Assembly: GCA_021463465.1 (NCBI GenBank)
Contig: JAJTYH010000002.1
Span: 1,347-65,346 of the forward strand
Direction: 5' to 3'
DNA length: 64,000 nucleotides
Source: a bacterium
GTDB taxonomy: Bacteria > Patescibacteriota > Dojkabacteria > SC72
A program made the position numbers and the translations under genes. Below, one piece after another: positions 60,432 to 64,000 of this stretch. The notes below the pieces were generated by a model. The model did not search any database, was not told the DNA's origin, and worked only from the letters and a program-made list of their open reading frames with translations. The number at the start of each line of letters is the position of its first letter. Position 1 is the first letter of the stretch.

Positions 60432-60550
60432 GCAACATTTTTCACACTCTCAACCGTTAAGAAAAATTTTGTTTTCGACCAAAATACTACTATAATACTG
60501 CCACTTCGAACATTTTTGTTGACTCAAATAATTGGAAATCTACTAACCAG

Positions 60551-62317
60551 ATGAGAAATATCTTTAAAATTATAAAGCTAAGCAAACCACTACACGGTTT
60601 GATGCTCTTAATTATTGTAATTGTAATACTTGGAACCCTTTTTGAAATTGTCACACCACTTCTTTCTGGAAAAATCCTAGACGAGGTAATTAGGCAATCA
60701 ACAAACCAAACGAAAGAATTTAGTAAACTCTTCACTCTTTTGGCACTTTCACTTTCATCAATTATCATCTACTTAGCGCTAAGGTCACTAGGGCAAAGAT
60801 TAGGCGACCATCTATCTGGGAAAATAAGAAAATTCCTCACAGAAATATTCTATGATAAAGCATTGAAGATCTCACAATCGTATTATGATTCAGAAATTTC
60901 AGGAAAATTAGTCAACCAGTTAAATAGAGGAATTGCTTCAATACAAGAATTTGCGAATGCCTCAACCAACTTTATCATCCCAACCTTTCTACAATCTTTT
61001 ATTGTTATAGGAATCCTAATGTACTTCAACCTATACTTAGGAATCTTAATGATTTCAATCCTTCCTATCTATCTATGGATTACATCTATCTCAACAAAAA
61101 GATGGGGGCTCAAGGAGGAAGGTAAAAATAAGATTGAAGATTTAACAAGAGGAAGGATTCAGGAGGTGATATCCAATATTAAACTTGTTAAAGGATTTAC
61201 GTCTGAGAAGAGAGAATTTAAGCTGCTTTCAACAAACTTAGACCAAATAAACGCAATATATAAACAGCAAAGTACAGAATTTCACCTTTTTGATTTTTTA
61301 AGAGAGTTAATTCTTAATGTAATCCTTTTTGGAACCGCTTAGATTATCTACAACAATACTTTAAATGGTCTTATTACCGTTGGGTCAGTCATTGTTTTAA
61401 TACAGCTTGTTGACAGAGCAAGATCATCCCTTTTTGGAATGTCATACATCTTAGGACAAATACAAGCAATCGATTCGGGCTCCAAAGAGTTTTTTGAAGT
61501 TTTAAATATTGAGACTACAGAAGATTACAACAAGAAACAAAAGTTTGAAAAAATTAAAAACCCAAAAATTGAGTTCCAAGATGTTACTTTCCAATATGAC
61601 AGTAATAAAACTGTACTAGAAAATGTTTCTTTTGATTTAAGTAAAAATGAAATGGTAGCACTTGTTGGCCCAAGTGGAGCAGGGAAGTCTACAATAGTTA
61701 ATCTGCTTCTCAAGTTCTATAACCCTACCTCAGGAGCCATTACATTTAATGGGAAAAAGTATTCAAAACTCTCACATAACCAAGTTAGGAATAATATAGC
61801 ATTAGTATTTCAAGAGAATGAACTCTTCTCACTATCTATCAAAGAGAATGTTGCATATGGAAGCGATATTGATGATAAGAAAGTCATATCTTCGCTTAAA
61901 AAAGCTAATGCCTGGGAATTTGTAAGTAACTTAGAAAAAGGAATAGATACCTAAGTAGGGGAAAGAGGAATTAAGCTTTCTGGCGGTCAGCGGCAGAGGA
62001 TTCAAATTGCTAGAGCCATATACAAAGATGCACCTATACTAGTACTTGATGAAGCAACATCAAGTTTGGATGCTAAATCCGAAAGTGATGTTTCAGAAGC
62101 TATTGAAAATCTTGTTAAAAATAGGCTAGTTATCGTCATTGCACACAGATTCTCAACAATTCAAAATGCGACAAAGATTATAGTTTTAAATAATAAAAAG
62201 GTAGAAGCAATTGGTGCACCACATATTTTAGCAAAAAAACCAGGTATTTACTCTGAACTTCTTAAGTATCAGATAAAGGGGAATAAGAAACTGCTCAAAA
62301 AGTTTGAGTTGTATTAA
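60551..62317 (+). pseudogene. MsbA/MdlB-type ABC exporter with two in-frame stops
   Basis: One frame: ...FGTA*(TAG 61340)IIYNNT...GPSGAGKST...GIDT*(TAA 61952)VGERGIKLSGGQRQR...LDEATSSLD...IAHR. Confidence 0.9.
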
Positions 62318-62326
62318 CCTTTTGTA

Positions 62327-62818
62327 ATGGATAAAAAAATTTTAAGGGAATTACTTTACGAGTCTGATTCCTCTATTTATGATATTTGTCAAAGTCCAGA
62401 AGAGCTAATTGAAGTACCTTGGGGTAAGATAATTCACGACCAAAGATTACTACCATTACTTGAGCTAATTCTCCCTCAGCTTGATTATGGTTTTAATCTT
62501 AAATTGGAACTCATAGATTGCTCAATTGCACTTGGAGTTATCGAGGCACAAAAACAGCATGGAAGTTATAAAAGGGAGGTGCCTTCAGAGAATCTAGTAG
62601 ATCTCAACTTTACTCGAATTTATATCCCAATTTCTGGTTCAATGCTTTTTTCAATTAATAACGAAAATATAAGTATCGACCCAAAAGAGCTATTGATAGT
62701 ATCAAATCATGTGACCTGCAATTTTATTTCTTTAGAACAAAGACAAACAAAGTTCTTAATTATTGATTTTCCGCCGTTTGAACCTGCGTTTGACACGTAT
62801 TTATCGAGTAATAATTAG
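62327..62818 (+). CDS. Hypothetical protein, cupin-like
   Basis: IYIPISGSMLF...ELLIV...FLIIDFPPF pattern. Confidence 0.55.
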   Translation: MDKKILRELLYESDSSIYDICQSPEELIEVPWGKIIHDQRLLPLLELILPQLDYGFNLKLELIDCSIALGVIEAQKQHGSYKREVPSENLVDLNFTRIYIPISGSMLFSINNENISIDPKELLIVSNHVTCNFISLEQRQTKFLIIDFPPFEPAFDTYLSSNN

Positions 62819-62956
62819 CAAGCAACTTCAAGCTGTAATTTCAAAGTTATATAGAGGTCGATACCGTCGGATTTCTACGGAAACATTGTGCTGTGTGTAA
62901 AAGCCCATTAAAAATGGTATCGTATCTTGGACAGACCCAATTTAAAAAGGTACAAA

Positions 62957-64000
62957 ATGAAAAAACTCTTGGTAACTATGCTAACTCCTATCCTGATTAG
63001 CTTAATATACCTAGTGCAAACTCCCCAAAACATATCCGCTTCATTAAATACTTGGCTACAAACAGATTGGAGCGGAGGAAATGGACAAACTTCTTGGAGT
63101 GACGACACTAAGTACAACGTATCAAGCAATGTCGTGGCAAATGATTCAATCAGCCTAACAAATAGTAACAATTGGAACGACAGTAACTGGTTATATAGGA
63201 AAAAAATTACCTTTAATAATTCAGCGCAAGCAGAAAACCTTGATAATTTCATCGCAATGGTCAATTTGACCTCAGATAATTTTGATTTCACTAAGACAAA
63301 AGCAAATGGTGAAGATATTCGTTTTTTTGATGAAAACGGTTCAACTGCTTTAGAATATGATATTGAGGAATTTAATCAAAGCGCACAGGAGGCAATTATC
63401 TGGGTAAAAGTACCCAGAATTGATGCATCATCATCAACTGATAACATCATTATGTATTACGGAAATACATCTGCTAATGACTCACAAAACCCAACTTCAG
63501 TGTGGTCATCATACGAGCTCGTTTATCAAATGAATCAAGATCCATCAGGCTCAGCTCCACAAATTCTGGATAGCACAAACAATAATAGAGATGGAACTAC
63601 TTTTGGCTCTATGGCAAGTAATCAGTTGTTAACTGGTAAAATCGGTTCGGGTATTAACTTTGATGGGGTCAATGACTATATTAATGTAGGAAATATGAAC
63701 CCACATACATATGGAAGCGCAACCTTTTCGGCTTGGTATAAGTCATCTATCAATACATCAACTGATGATCAATATATCCTCCTTTATCTAGGTGGAGATA
63801 GACTTGTATTTGGTTTAACTGATGATTCAGGGAAAGTAGATCGAGCTAGGTTCTGTCTTAAGGAAAGCTGTTTCTTTGGTACTACCGATGTTGTAGACCA
63901 ACAATGGCACCATATTGTTGTTGTTAGAGATTATAATTCTACCCACAAACTATTTGTTGATGGCAATCTACAATCAAGTACCGCAGCACCGTTTCTTGGA
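62957..64000 (+). CDS. Exported DUF2341 + LamG-like protein, runs off window edge
   Basis: Hand translation: signal peptide MKKLLVTML; WLYRKKIT, NGEDIRF, IWVKVP, IMYYGN (DUF2341); FDGVNDYI, FSAWY, WHHIVVV, LFVDG (LamG). Confidence 0.88.
   Translation, partial: MKKLLVTMLTPILISLIYLVQTPQNISASLNTWLQTDWSGGNGQTSWSDDTKYNVSSNVVANDSISLTNSNNWNDSNWLYRKKITFNNSAQAENLDNFIAMVNLTSDNFDFTKTKANGEDIRFFDENGSTALEYDIEEFNQSAQEAIIWVKVPRIDASSSTDNIIMYYGNTSANDSQNPTSVWSSYELVYQMNQDPSGSAPQILDSTNNNRDGTTFGSMASNQLLTGKIGSGINFDGVNDYINVGNMNPHTYGSATFSAWYKSSINTSTDDQYILLYLGGDRLVFGLTDDSGKVDRARFCLKESCFFGTTDVVDQQWHHIVVVRDYNSTHKLFVDGNLQSSTAAPFLG

Noticed and set aside
60127-60445. Minus-strand Phe-rich ORFs 60127-60357 and 60260-60445
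   Set aside because: They mirror the purine-rich plus strand; promoter, SD sites and hairpin all support the plus-strand micro-ORFs.
60074-62872. 9-bp inverted repeat ATCCGACGG/CCGTCGGAT around the micro-ORF, ABC and cupin block as mobile-element ends
   Set aside because: Too short, no target-site duplication noticed, no transposase.
975-63291. Short antisense or alternate-frame ORFs in the track (e.g. 975-1178, 2408-2626, 26098-26445, 43341-43745, 62908-63291)
   Set aside because: They lie inside well-supported genes and have no motifs; treated as shadow ORFs.
1-64000. Genome-wide stop-codon recoding (e.g. code 25, TGA=Gly)
   Set aside because: dnaE, uvrB and the mutL tail end at TGA at their natural C-termini, and TAA/TAG end most other genes. 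The internal stops are of three different types.
1-64000. CRISPR array, rRNA, transposase, integrase or prophage
   Set aside because: No regularly spaced direct repeats or diagnostic motifs seen by eye.

Overview
AT-rich, very compact bacterial chromosome segment read in genetic code 11, with many overlapping convergent genes. Gene content (type IV pilus module, LemA/TPM, DUF2341-LamG and NHL surface proteins, few biosynthetic genes, almost no Shine-Dalgarno sites) suggests Patescibacteria/CPR; this is inference. The left half is mostly housekeeping: mnmA, gpmI, rplS, dnaE, uvrC, uvrB, mutL, sod, trxB, lexA and three tRNAs. From about 28 kb it is accessory: glycosyltransferases, a pilus cluster, a kinase with hypotheticals, and a decaying 55-62 kb tract with four in-frame stops. 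Most notable: (i) a 350-bp unit missed by the ORF track (60087-60431) with a sigma70-like promoter, a 16-bp palindrome, two strong-SD Lys-rich micro-ORFs and a hairpin; (ii) at least 12 genes with a -10 box 5-8 nt before the ATG, suggesting leaderless expression; (iii) an operon with two catalytically degenerate enzymes and a membrane-anchored HEPN-like protein; (iv) mutL split at an A8 run. No CRISPR array, rRNA, transposase or integrase was seen.
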